A DNA stretch of 64,000 nucleotides. It comes from Octopus bimaculoides. Taxonomy: Eukaryota. This document shows positions 1-12,553 of the stretch, one piece after another. The translations under genes and the position numbers were made by a program. The DNA lies in NCBI RefSeq assembly GCF_001194135.2, contig NC_068999.1, positions 25,919,368 to 25,983,367 on the forward strand. Reading direction: 5' to 3'. Positions within the stretch are counted from its first letter, which is position 1. Every line of letters starts with the position of its first letter. The notes beneath the pieces were generated by a model that was given only the letters and a program-made list of their open reading frames with translations, did not search any database and was not told the origin of the DNA.

Positions 1-959
1 ATAAATTTACTTCTGGTGACTCAGTTCACTAAATGAAGAGTAATATTTATTTAGACGTTTTGGAAATATCTACTAACAAGGAGCATTGACGGGTAATTAC
101 GAAGAATGATAATGATATCCTTGATCATGAAGTACAAATGACTGAAGAATGAAAATGTTGAAGGTGGATGACGAGCTTTTGAATACAATTATCTTTCGTC
201 CATACAAATGTACTTAAAATCTACCAATTGGTGTAAACATTCAACGTTCATCATCATCATTATTTAACGTCCATGTTACATGTTTGGAATAGGAGACTCA
301 TATCACCCACTCAACAGAACACGGAAGAGAAAATAAATAAACTATGTTTCTCATTAACAGTTAAAAAGATAAATTCATTAACTGTGATGCATAAAGATTA
401 AAATGAACTCTAATCCCTATATGATATTAACATAGATTATTGTATTTTAAAAGTAGTTGTGTAATCAACAGTAACAAAATATAGTCACCACACACGCGGT
501 GTGTATAGGTGTATCTGCATGTACGTCCATGCCCACCCATCGTCTCCCTATTTCTCATCAATCCACAGTTTTATTGTTCCAATGCTCTCCACCCTTTCTT
601 TCCTGTCAATCATGACTTCCTCCTTCCTAAAAGCCACTTCTATTCCTTATAACCTTCCCCACAAACCCATATTTACCATCAACCACACCTTCGGCTTTAT
701 TCACTACATTCATCTCTTTTAACATTCTTCCATACTCACCCACTTGTCTCATCATCTGTTCTCATTCTCTCTTCTACTTAGCTTCTTATATCTTGAAAGT
801 AAACCCTGTCAACCTCGTCACCACCATCATTATCTCTCTTTTCACTTACTCTCACTCATATATAATGATGAGGTAGCCATGTATTTCCTCTACAGCAAGA
901 CACCTGTCCCTTTTCCTATCATTCTTTAACATCTCAACACCTGGCATAAAGTCACTTTC

Positions 960-1125
960 CTCTCTACTACGACCCCACTCAACTGGGGAGGGGGACTTTT
1001 TGTCTTGTGAGTTACATGGTGACTTGACTTGTGCAGGTGTCACACACACAAAAACAAATTTTAAAAACGCCCAGTACACTCCATAAAGTAGTTGGCATTT
1101 GGGAGGGCCTCCAACTACAGAGGCA
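960..1125 (+). repeat. Old diverged copy of the RTE-type 3' tail repeat, preceded by CT-rich sequence from about 500
   Basis: cccagtacactccataaagtagttggcatttgggagggcctccaactacag resembles the conserved ggttggcgttaggaagggcatccagctgtag block. A homologous copy lies on the minus strand at about 20890-21120. Confidence 0.5.
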
Positions 1126-1602
1126 TGCTAAAGCAGTCATTGATGTTCAGTTAAGTACTTTTATTCACATTATATCAAACCATCCTTTAATATCAAACAT
1201 GAATGATGATGATATGATACACATATGCATTTTTATTTTTTAATTAGTAGAAAGTTACCAAAGTGACTCAGGGGTTGTGAGTTTTGTACATTTACGAAAG
1301 TCTGTCCTTGAATTACTTTTGTGATTCTCTGTCAATTAAAAAATAAAAAAGATATACTCAGGTATTGAGTTCTGTTTCTCTTGTTTGATTTACTATACTA
1401 AACCCTTATATACATAAACACGCATACATACACATGCAGACATACATATGTGCATCAAAAAGCCACAGTTTGTGTTTAGTTCATATAGAGTTGGGATGTG
1501 TGAATAGAAATATTTCCTGTGGATAGCAACTGGAAGCTGCTCTTGAAGTCCTAGCCTCTAAGGACATAACTCAATGATACTGTTAGGTGTCATATGTAAT
1601 CT

Positions 1603-1766
1603 GTAGGTGCAGGCATGGCTGTCTGGTAAGAAGTTTGCTTTCCAGCCATATGGTTCTGGGTTCAGTCCCACTGAGTGGCACCTTGGGCAAGTGTCTTCTA
1701 CTATAGCCTTGGGCCAACCAAAGCCTTGTGAGAGGATTTGGTAGATGGAAACTGAAAGAAGCCCAT

Positions 1767-1857
<91 letters not shown>

Positions 1858-2068
1858 CACTATGTCTGTGTTTGTTCCCTACCACTGCTTGACAATCAGA
1901 GTTGGTGTGTTTACATCCCCATAACATAGTGGTTCGACAAAAGAGACTGATAGAATAGAATAAGTATCAGGCTTAAAAGAAAAATAAATCCTGGGGTCAA
2001 TTTATTAGATTAAAACCCTTCAAGGCAGTGCTGCAGTCAAATGACTGAAACAAGTAAAAAACAAAAGA
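1603..2068 (+). mobile_element. tRNA-derived SINE (family A) with internal (TA)n(TG)n microsatellite
   Basis: A-box-like tggctgtctgg (1616), B-box-like ggttcagtccc (1659), body ggcaccttgggcaagtgtctt, microsatellite 1769-1858, 3' half ending cagtcaaatgactgaaacaagtaaaa. Homologous pieces occur at 5345, 10203, 29285, 39268 and 61142. Confidence 0.8.
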
Positions 2069-3129
2069 TAAATCTATAATAAGAAAGACATACTCATCAT
2101 TATTTTAGATTGCATTTGAAAGCTAATATGTTATCCCGTACAGGTATTCCTTGCTATTTTAGTCAACTTTGAAACATTTTAGGATGATATCCATGATTGT
2201 GTGTGTGTGCACACATGTATATGTATTTTACTGTTTTAGTGAAAAACCTATATTTTATCAAGGGTATATCAGAACTAATGTGCACCAATTCTATTCATAT
2301 AATGAAAGAAGGGACAATATAGTAATTTTAAACATGGAACTATATGATTTCTGTTTGTTGGTCTTCATCAATGAATGCTAGGGCTATTAAAGCTTCTGAG
2401 TGTGAGATCTGAAGGGCTGAAATGAACAGGCAGGAGATGGTTATCAGTAAGTAAAAGCTAAAAGTTAATCATATCCATTAACAAAAGCTACAATTCCAAG
2501 TTCTGACAAATCTGTAAATTTCCCAATATGGATAATCATTTATTTGTTTCATTGGAAAAAAGTGAATTTTATTTATTGAAAGCTGATGATACATGACTAC
2601 AGAATGACAATGTTTTAAAATATCTCCTGTAAGTCTATATAAGGGTGATTTAGATAGCCTCAGTAGAGGCAAAGAAAACAATTGAAGACAGACATTATTG
2701 GATTCTTTAAACTTTGAACTAAAAGCTTTCATCAGTGCAAGAAGATAAGTTCTACTAACTGAAATGATTAAGAACTATATTTTCAATTACAAAATTCATG
2801 TGACTGATAACAATTTAATTTCCAAGAGGTATAGATATCAGTATGGAACATGTACAAGTATGTATGTAGTGAAGTATGTGGTGCATACATGTGTATGTAT
2901 GTTTGTATAACTATTCAGGGATCTCAGTCAAGCCTGAATTTCATCCACCATCATCACATATTAGCATAATTCCTTCCTGAGACATAAATATCTGATTATA
3001 GTCTGAGATAGATAATTATCTATTTCAGATCCATCTCTACTCTCCAAGATACACTCTTTAACTTTGCTTTGATAAGTAATGCCTGTATATAAATAGAAAC
3101 ACTTACTGCTCTCTCCTGTATTTCAGCAG

Positions 3130-3760
3130 CAATTATTTCCAGTTACTCTGGCTCAGAGACCCACAAAGTTCTTTGAAGTTCATCTGCTGCCTCTAACATT
3201 TCTCAAATAAATCTCCAGTTGCCATCAACTCTTTCTCCAGTTGCCATCACCTCACTTCATTTTGAAGTCATTGTAATTGGAGAGTTAAATGTACAAAACG
3301 TCTGCTGGCTCAAGCCCTCCTCCCACATTGATACTGCTGGTGAACACTAAATTGTTTGCCATTCTGAACTGTCTCACATTTATGTGATACTGCCACTACA
3401 TATACACATTCTTGACAACATACGAAAGAAGGCTACCTAATTACTTCACAAATCACCTACACTCCAACAAATAGCTTAGTTACTTCTTTCTGTCTCTCTT
3501 ATCACTACAACATAGCTTCTTCTCCTCTGGACTAATGGATAGCATACTTTCTTCAACTAAGTTATGTGTCCTATCTTCATCTCATTCTCTCTACTTCACT
3601 TCTCAGACCTTGCAGCAACCCCGTTTCCCACTCCTTCCTTCTTGGAACTGTAACCCTCTGGAATTCCTCCCCATTCCACAATTTTCCTACAGTCACTAAC
3701 TTCCAGGTGTTCGAGCAGAACATCAACTACATCTCTCTAACCAATCAAGAACCTTCAAAG
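3130..3760 (+). mobile_element. Ancient internally deleted APE-type LINE (CR1/L2/Jockey-like)
   Basis: VIVIGELNVQNVCWLKPSSHIDTAG resembles the endonuclease GDFN..H..W..S..TD.AG motif. SFLLGTVTLWNSSP...FPTVTNFQVFEQNIN resembles the LINE C-terminal SFF.RT..LWN.LP motif. Confidence 0.55.
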
Positions 3761-4787
3761 ATCATGGATATTGTTCCTCTTTCTTTGACTTTCTTATAAA
3801 AATATTTATAAGTGAATTACTGCTCATAAAATACATTGTGTGTAAGAAGAATGTCCACTGGGAATGAGAGTCAGAAATTTAGAAAAAAAATTTCATTTTA
3901 AAATATTTTCCTTAGCCCCAATTTTGTTAATTTAATTATGAAAGATAGAGTTCTTTATTATTCAGAGGACATTTAAAGTCAAACTTTTAAGGATTACTCA
4001 TTTGAAGTTTATAAATTCCAGGTTTAGAAAGTAACAGGGTAGAAAAAAACTAACAAATATAGAGAACAGTGGCAGTAGTCATGAATTTGCAGAATACATT
4101 TCTAGGGGTATTTCAGTTGTTGCACTTGATTGGTCGAATTGAATGAATGTGAATAAAAAATAAAGTTTAGAGAAATAACCAAATAGAGATCAATCAGTAA
4201 AGTTATCTTTGCGATTTTACGTTATTATTTCCCTTGTCTTTCCTGCTCTTACCTCTAATTAGATTTTATGTTTGGTAGGGAGTTACAAAACAAACCAATA
4301 AAAATTAGAAACACTTGGCTTATCAAGTGGCAGTGGAGACAGAAAAGATCAGAAATTTATTATAAAACTTACATTTCTGTGAGTTAACTGTTAAGATTTT
4401 AAGGAAGAAAAGAGAAACAGGTACACTGATGAGTCAATCCATGTAGCTATCAACTAACATGTGACAGGTGCATGGTTTAAATTTTGCCGGAGGGCTTGTA
4501 GCAATTGATGCTTATAATGTCTTTAAAAAACAAGAAAAAAAGACAGTTATCTATCTAACGTTCTTTTGTATTATTTTCTTCTACTCTGGGTTTGTGACTG
4601 AATGAAGTAAAAATAGTGAACAATATAAAAATATGGAGGGCAATATGTGCAGAGTATGAAACAAATTCCTGTTTCAATCTTTCAATGATAGGGATATTCT
4701 TATGTTCTAACATAATATATATCTTATATCTATTACTACAGTATATATCATTAAATAAAGTAAATATGTATGAAAATAATTACTTAC

Positions 4788-4950
4788 AATTTTAAGATTC
4801 CAGACTTTTTCCCAATCATCATAAAAACAAAATCATGGTATGTAATTACTCCTGTACCAGTGCGATCAACTTGTTCAATCATCTTCTTAATTTCCAAATG
4901 TGTTTTGGCTTGGCCAAGTCTTTCAAGCATTCGTTTCACATCCATAATAT
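4788..4950 (-). CDS. AIF1: AIF1/Iba1-like, internal exon D (163 nt, EF-hand 2)
   Basis: tttttcaaattag|AT ATT ATG GAT GTG AAA CGA ... TTA AAA TT|gtaagt = (N)IMDVKRMLERLGQAKTHLEIKKMIEQVDRTGTGVITYHDFVFMMIGKKSGILK(L). Carries the AIF1 KRMLEKLG..KTHLE.KK and MM.GK.S.ILK motifs. Confidence 0.95.
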
Positions 4951-5444
4951 CTAATTTGAAAAATTAGAAAATATAAATCAGGCAACAGATCACTGTTGGG
5001 GGAGGAAGAGAGTTGTTTTAAATAAACCATAGTAGTTAACAAATAACATTATTTTTCAGGGCATTAATGTAATAATTTGAACATTATTGAAAGAATGTTT
5101 ATTGACTCAGATGTTGGCTAAATGAGTACTAATAGCCTTCTCAACATTGTTTAATTTAGTGGGGTGATTTGATTTTATGCTACTATATTAGAGTGTTTCA
5201 TTTTGGTTTCATTTAAGAGTGGTATTAGCTCATGTCTAACAAGTAGTCTATTTTAAGGCAGTTGCCTCTATAATCTTTAGACTTAATTCTTTAAACAATT
5301 CAATAAAGTTTTATTCTTCTAAATTTATCAGTTTATCCATTATCATACATCGTTTGCTTATTTCAATCATTTGACTGGGACACTGACTTGAAGGGTTTTA
5401 GACACACTTTGCACCCATTTTCTCCTCACCAATCCAAATACATT

Positions 5445-7230
5445 ACAGACTTCCTACAACAATCCACCTACTACAACCATTTTTTAGACCTAAATCAGAG
5501 AAACAGAAATGTGAAAGGGAACAAAATGTACTAGAACAACCTAAAATAATCAACTTAACAAAGAAAATCCTAAGTACTACACAAACTAAAATTCTAGCAA
5601 GAGGTTTAAAGTTTACACGAACCCCTCGCAGATCAAACCCGAATGAAATTAAGGTTAACACTATGGACTTTTGTCGAAAATTATGCCTCACAGAAGCACT
5701 TGACAACTACACCAGCGAAGATGACTCAATAATAAAAAACAAAAGTGAATACTGTCCTACAAAAGGCAGAAATAAAGTACTTGATGATTCTTGTGAACAC
5801 ATTACCAATTTTCCTTTCAACACCCTACAAAAACAATGAATTAAATCCAACCTTAATACAAATGAATGGAAAAACCGAATCGAGTTAAAAAATGATATAA
5901 ACCTGACCATTAAAGAAGCCAATAAAGGAAGTGTGGTAGTGGTGATGGACACAGAGTACTACAAAAATTTAATACTTTTCATGTTGGAAAACAATATTTA
6001 CTATGAGAAGATAGTACAATACAACCCACAGAAGACATTTAAAAATTTATCCTCCTTACTACAAATACATGGAAAGGGCCTCACTAAAAAAGAAATTGAC
6101 TATTTATCCAATTTTAAATACAGACCAAGTCTATTCTACGGATTACCTAAAATATACAAAAATCCACACATTTGCAAAGCTTGCAAAGATTCTCCAAGCC
6201 TATGCCTTAATGTTCCTCCCGCTATTGACCTCAAACTAAGACCCATCATTGCTGGCCCTGCTTGTGAAACCCACTGTTTGAGCAATTTCCTTGACATCCT
6301 ACTCAAACCATTTAAAAAATGTGAAAAGTTTCATCAGGGATGACTTAGACATGCTTAACCACCTCCCGAAAACAATAAATGAAGGAACCCTGTTAGTATC
6401 ATTCAATGTGGTGAACTTGTACACCAATATCCCACACGATTATGGTGTAGAAGCAATTACCTTCTGGCAAGAAAAATACCCAGAAGATGCATCAACCACA
6501 GATTCATAATCGCAGCACTGAAATTCATCCTACTGAACAACTATTTCATGTTCGATACTGTTTACTATCGACAAAAATGTGGAATTGCAATGGGAACTCA
6601 AGCTGCGCCAGTGATTGCGAACCTTGTAATGAGTTACCTAGAACTTAAAATATACCAATCATCACTACAAAAATATGGCACCTCATTTCATTGCTATTTA
6701 AAGGAGAACTAGAAGAGGTATTTAGATGATTGTTTTATACTTTGGAAAGATAGCATGGACAAACTCCTCGATTTCAAAATAATGCTCAACGATATCAATA
6801 GCAACATACAATTCACCATGGAACACAGCAGCAAACAACTCCCTTTTCTTAACATTCTAATTAAAATAGTCAATAACCACATCGAAACAGACATCTTCTA
6901 TAAACCCACAGATTCAAAACAATACCTAACATTCAACTCAAACACATAAAAATTAATATACCTTATAATCTGGCAAAAAGAATCTGTACTATAGTTTTGG
7001 ACACCAATACTCATGAATGAAGCCTCCTTGAATTCAGATCAATACTAATCAAGAGATATTACCCAACATCATTAATAAATGATGGGATTAAATGAGTACA
7101 GGAAATACACATACGAACATTAAGGGAAGTTAACCGAAATACTACACCAGACTTAAAAATACTCCCATACATCTCCACACATAACCCTAGAAACAATGAA
7201 GCATTCAACATTATCATACAAAATCTACCC
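5445..7230 (+). mobile_element. Penelope-like element (Neptune-like) copy 1, degenerate RT, 3' truncated
   Basis: INLTKKILSTTQTKILARGLKFTRTP, KEANKGSVVVVMD, LRPIIAGP, GIAMGTQAAPVIANLVM, KRYLDDCFILW, LPFLNILI..TDIFYKPTD. Contains stops and frameshifts and ends at QNLP before the endonuclease. Confidence 0.9.
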
Positions 7231-9722
7231 AAGGCTGATAAAGGGAGTGCAGTTGTCTTAATGGACAACTATATAACTCTAGTACTATCCATATTGGATG
7301 ACACAACATATGAAAAGGCCCAACACTACAGTCAGCAGAAAATAATGAGAGACCTAAACTCCATGCTAAACCTATACAGAGAAGGGCTCACCAACAAAGA
7401 ATATGACTATATGACCAATTTCAAAAGTAAAACCAGTCAATTCTACGGTATTCCCAAGATGCACAAAAGTGAGAAAATAAGTAACACATGCAGGAAAGCC
7501 ACAGACATAATAATCAAAGTCCCTACTCCTAATGACCTCAAATTGAGACCTATAATAGCAGGTCCTGCATGCAAAACCCACTGCCTCAGTAACTTTTTAG
7601 ATACCCTCTTAAAGCCATTCCTCGAGCATATCAAAAGCTACATAAGGGACAACCTGGATATGCTCAATCACCTTCCTGAAACAATAAACAAAAACACCCT
7701 ACTAGTATCCTTCTATGTAGTCAACCTCAATTCCAATATCCTCCACAACCTTGGAATAGAGGCAATTCAATTCTGGCTGGGGAATTATGCCAACAAACTC
7801 CCACATCGCATCAAAAAAGAATTCGGGATAGAAGGGCTAAAATTGGAGAATAACTACTTTGTCTTCAATGACTTCTCTCGACAAAAATTGGGGACTGCGA
7901 TGGGTACAAGAATGGCCCCCTCCTTTGCTAATCTAGTCATGGGATATCTAGAAATTAGACTTCATCGTAAGGTTCTAGAAAAATACGGCAGCCCATTCTC
8001 CCTCCACATAGAAAATAACTGGAAGAGATACCTGGATGACTGATTCATTCTTTGGCATGAAAGTATAGAGAGACTTAGAGAATTCCAAGCACTTATAAAT
8101 GGACTAGACATAAACATTCAATTCACAATGGAATACAGCCATCAACAACTTCCCTTCCTCGACATCCTCATTAAGAAATCTAACAACGTAATAGAAACAG
8201 ATACATACTATAAGCCCACGGACTCCAATCAATATCTACCATTCAACTCATGCCACCCCAGACACACCAGAATGAATATCCCCTTCAACCTAGCAAAAAG
8301 GATATGTACTATAGTTTCTAATGCAAAAACCAGAGACACAACTACATGAACTAAAGGATACACTCATCACTAGGAACTACCCACCTTCACTAATTGACAT
8401 ATGCTTTCAACGTGCCCTTCAACTCAACATCTACAAACTCGAACATCCCAAATTAAAGAAGGATTTACAACCAAAAGCTCTACCATACATCTCCACACAC
8501 AACCCTCTTAATGAAGCCTTCGACACCATCCTTCAAAACATTCCCCTGCTAAAAAAGGACCACAGAATGAACTTAATCCTCCAAACACACACCATCATAA
8601 AAAGCAAGAGACAACCCAAATCTATGAAAAGTCTCCTAACACAAGCCCGAATACACTCCACAACAACACAAAAGCCGTCAGTAAAAAAATGCAGAACACC
8701 CAATTGTGAGATATGTGTCAATTTAATTGAGGGATCAGAGTTCTCCTTCAAACAGGGACAACGTTTCACAGTGAAAAGCAGCTTCACATGTACACCAGAG
8801 AACCTGATATACGCACTAACCTGCTCTGGGTGTCAAGAGCAATACAAAGGCCAAACAAAAAACAGTCTACGTAAAAGGATGGCTCTGTACAGATCCCAGA
8901 TCAAAATTTCCCAAAACAGAAAAATAGCTTTCAGCCAACACATCAACATTTGCGCCAGCAACAAAAATCCAAGCTTCAGAATTTTTCCCCTTACCAATTC
9001 AGGGACGATACAACCTGTAGCCAATGAATTAGTAAAGTGACTCTCTTTAGTACAAAATACAGACCACTTTTGAACGCATCTACAACAAACGACATATCCA
9101 CCACGGCCTTAGAATAACACAAACACACACGCAAATATTAAAAATGATACACTCAAGTGATACCCAAGAATTCATTAAAAAACAGTCCCAATCACTGCTA
9201 TAATCCATAACGAGCTACTTTTAGGTCACTTGACCATTTAACATCCTACTACTATCATACCATTTACATTCCTTTCTTATTCTCCCTTATCTTTCTCCTT
9301 CTTCTTCTTTGTCTTCTTCTTCTTCGCCACCTCCTTCCTAACTTTACCACTATTGCTGTTCAGAAAAACACCTATGCAAATTTTATAAACAATACATTCA
9401 AAAGAGATGTCTCAAGAATTCAATCACTACTACCATCCACAACAAGTCACTTTCAGGGCACTTGACCATTTAACATCCTACTACTATCATGTCACTCCTG
9501 CATTCTTCTTCTCCTCCTCCTTCCCTGCCAAGAATTCACAATGACCTCAAACCCACAAAAGTAAACAAGAGAGACAGAGACAGGCAGAAACAAAAAAAAG
9601 TGCACCTTGTATTTGAATACTATACAAATATTCTTTTAAAAAACTTTTCTTTTAATTTTTCTAAAATTTAATTGCTTTCCACACTTACAGTTGAAAAAGT
9701 TTCAATGACTGAAACTGGTACT
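7231..9722 (+). mobile_element. Penelope-like element (Neptune-like) copy 2: RT, GIY-YIG endonuclease and 3' UTR
   Basis: KADKGSAVVLMD, GTAMGTRMAPSFANLVM, KRYLDD*FILW, linker CRTPNCEIC (Cx4Cx2C, Neptune-type) and LIYALTCSGCQEQYKGQT (GIY-CxxC-YIG). ORF ends at 9040 and the UTR runs into the N gap. Confidence 0.92.
9687..9722 (+). ncRNA. Minimal type-I hammerhead ribozyme motif, U3:A8 variant
   Basis: acAG-UUGAAAA-AGU(uucaaug)ACU-GAAAC-UG-GUA-CU: core, 3-bp stem II, near-palindromic stem III and GUA triplet. Stem I (AG/CU) is cut off by the gap. Confidence 0.65.
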
Positions 9723-10202
9723 NNNNNNNNNNNNNNNNNNNNNNNNNNNNNNNNNNNNNNNNNNNNNNNNNNNNNNNNNNNNNNNNNNNNNNNNNNNNNN
9801 NNNNNNNNNNNNNNNNNNNNNNNNNNNNNNNNNNNNNNNNNNNNNNNNNNNNNNNNNNNNNNNNNNNNNNNNNNNNNNNNNNNNNNNNNNNNNNNNNNNN
9901 NNNNNNNNNNNNNNNNNNNNNNNNNNNNNNNNNNNNNNNNNNNNNNNNNNNNNNNNNNNNNNNNNNNNNNNNNNNNNNNNNNNNNNNNNNNNNNNNNNNN
10001 NNNNNNNNNNNNNNNNNNNNNNNNNNNNNNNNNNNNNNNNNNNNNNNNNNNNNNNNNNNNNNNNNNNNNNNNNNNNNNNNNNNNNNNNNNNNNNNNNNNN
10101 NNNNNNNNNNNNNNNNNNNNNNNNNNNNNNNNNNNNNNNNNNNNNNNNNNNNNNNNNNNNNNNNNNNNNNNNNNNNNNNNNNNNNNNNNNNNNNNNNNNN
10201 NN
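9723..10202. other. Assembly gap (N run)
   Basis: Other gaps: about 26435-26444, 38624-38633, 39914-40440, 47550-48103, 48767-49009 and 58968-59792. Confidence 0.99.
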
Positions 10203-10240
<38 letters not shown>

Positions 10241-10437
10241 GTATGTGTGTATCTGTGTTTGTCCCCCCACCATTGCTTGACAACTGATGTTGGTGTGTTG
10301 ATATCCCCGTAACTTAGCGGTTTGTCAAAAGAGATCGATAGAATAAGTACTAGGCTTACAAAGACTAAGTCCTGGGGTCAATTTGTTTGACTAAAGGTGG
10401 TGCTCCAGCATGGCCACAGTCAAATGACTGAAACAAA
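10203..10437 (+). mobile_element. SINE family A, 3' half with microsatellite abutting a gap
   Basis: gtatctgtgtttgtcccccc...gatagaataagtactaggctta...ggccacagtcaaatgactgaaacaa is homologous to 1859-2068. Confidence 0.8.
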
Positions 10438-10446
10438 TATATATAT

Positions 10447-10785
10447 ACATTTTCCTTCCAATGAGCAGGAGGTCCCATCTTTGCAATTGCAATTCTTTGG
10501 AAAAGAATTGGCACTGTGGTTATTTGCAATTATCTTATTGTTGTGTTGGTTAATGAAAGAGGCGAAGTTTTTGCAACAAGAATAGCTGATCTTAAGCGTT
10601 CGTCTATTAAATATTCTATAAAACTTATGGTTGAAAATGTCTATATACTAATTTTAAGAATTCCCTACCTATATTTGTTTCTACGGCCATATTAAAAGCT
10701 GGATTGAACCACAAAACCCTCCTAGTCCTAGTTCTATGTGTTGCATTACTGCTAACATTAAGTTTGTTATACTGGATCTTCTCAG
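10447..10785 (-). mobile_element. Naiad-like PLE, inverted 5' arm (thumb/linker)
   Basis: Minus strand RRVLWFNPAFNMAVETNIGREFLKLVYRHF, then after a frameshift HKFYRIFNRRTLKISYSCCKN...NCNCKDGTSCSLEGKC. Confidence 0.85.
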
Positions 10786-12162
10786 AGATGGAACCTCCTG
10801 TCCATTGGAAGGAAAATGTCTGGAGAAAGGAATAGCATATAGAGCCAAAGTGCAAAAAGAAGGCTCACATGAATATAGAACATACACAGGGGCTTCTGAA
10901 AATTCTTTCAAGACCCGATTTTATTCTCACAGAAATTCCTTCTGATACCCCAAAAATAGGACAAAGACCAGCCTGGCAAAATATGTCTGGGAATTAAAAG
11001 CAAATGAAACCCACCCTTTCAATGTGACATGGAGAATTTTAGATAAAGCATCACCTTACAGACACGGTGCACATAAAAGACCCATCAAACGTAATTTATG
11101 CCTTTTGGAAAAATTCTATATTTTATTCCAGGACGATAGTGCTTTGAATCAAAGATGCCAACTCTTGAATTCCTGCAGACACGCAACAAAATTTAAAATA
11201 TCAGCTGACAAAATACCATATGGATAGTATATATTTTTTGAATCTTGAACTAGTTTTCAATCCCACTGTTGAATTTGTATTTTGTAATGCATGGTTATTT
11301 CACATTGCAAAGATATTGTATTTATTTCGAAGTATTTCTTTAGAAAACCTTCGACTGTTTTATATATATATATATTATTTTCATGTTTAAGATTTTATTT
11401 TTTATTTCATTTTATTGTATCTTACAAACCCATTTAATCGTTATATTTATAGATAATTCGATATATGGCGTTCCATTTTGCATGTCTTTTACCCGATTTT
11501 TATTATTATACACTCAGCAATTGTAAAAAAAAAGTTGTTTGTATATATACGTTAGGACCTGGATATATTTTTATATGGATGTCTGTATTGTAGGCATGCA
11601 TATGTATTTGTATGTGTGTGTCTGTGTATATGTGTAAGTAAGCGTGTATGTTTATACTTGTACACATACATACACGGATGTATATGTATGCATTTATACA
11701 CTTATATTTGTGTAGATATGTATTTATGTGCATATTTCCATATATTTATATATGTGGTCTTATATGTGTATTTATATGCTAATATATACTTATATATACA
11801 TATATATATATGTAATTTTATTTTATGTGTATGTTTGTTATACATATTCCGTCACCTATCTCTCTTTTTTCTTTCCTTATGCAAAGTATCCTTTCTCTCC
11901 CTATTCGTTACTTTGAAAGTGTCCTTAAACAATGTGTTTCTCTTCTCCCTCCCCCCTTACTTCCCTCTTTCTTTCACTAGCTGTTATGTTTAGGGTTCTT
12001 CTTTTCCCCCTCCCTACGTTTAAAATATACTTCCTATTTCTCTTGTCTGTTACAACCGACTCATATATGTATACACCATGAGAATTTTGTGTGCATGCAT
12101 GGTTGCATACATATATGTATATGTGTATTTGTGCATATGTTCATGTCTTATATATGCCTGTC

Positions 12163-12553
12163 GTGGAGGCGCAATGGCCCAGTGGTCAGGGCAGCGGACT
12201 CGCGGTCATAGGATCATGGTTTCGATTCCCAGACCAGGCGTTGTGAGTGTTTATTGAGTGAAAACACCTAAAGCTCCATGAGGCTCTGGCAGGGGATGGT
12301 GGCGAACCCTGCTGTACTCTTCCACCACAACTTTCTCTCACTCTTACTTCCTGTTTCTGTTGTGCCTGTAATTCAAAGGGTCAGCCTTGTCACACTGTGT
12401 CACGCTGAATATCCCCGAGAACTACGTTAAGGGTACATGTGTCTGTGGAGTGCTCAGCCACTTGCATGTTAATTTCACGACCAGGCTGTTCCATTGATTG
12501 GATCAACTGGAACCCTCGACGTCGTAAGCGACGGAGTGCCAACAACAACAAAA
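12163..12553 (+). mobile_element. tRNA(Arg)-like-headed SINE (OR-type) with (AAC)n tail and 12-bp TSD
   Basis: Head tggcccagtggtcagggcagcggacTCGcggtc...ggtttcgattccc, tail aacaacaac, TSD atatatgcctgt at 12150-12161 and 12554-12565. A near-identical copy lies at 44360. Confidence 0.9.

Noticed and set aside
1259-1328. ag/gt-bounded block as the last AIF1 exon
   Set aside because: The main acceptor gives LESQK*. The alternative GAG acceptor gives a peptide with no similarity to the AIF1 C-terminus.
4425-4460. CTGATGA motifs as hammerheads (also 23077, 23125, 61697)
   Set aside because: No stem II followed by GAAA, and no stem I or III can be drawn.
8041-8043. TGA at the Cys after YLDD in Neptune copy 2 as possible selenocysteine
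   Set aside because: It is a single substitution relative to copy 1 (YLDDC), the copy also has a frameshift and deletions, and no SECIS was recognised.
9668-10283. Long ORFs in the track (also 39861-40496, 47362-48156, 48687-49238, 58838-59942)
   Set aside because: They are open only because they span N runs or microsatellites.
10943-10945. In-frame TGA in the Naiad-like endonuclease as possible selenocysteine (Sec-encoding Naiads are reported in clams)
   Set aside because: The position is not a conserved Cys (SF*, normally a basic residue), CGA-to-TGA decay explains it, and no SECIS was recognised.
12163-12235. tRNA genes (also 1610, 40855-41122, 44360, 53814)
   Set aside because: These are SINE heads or modules. 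They lack a complete acceptor stem and continue into repeat bodies.
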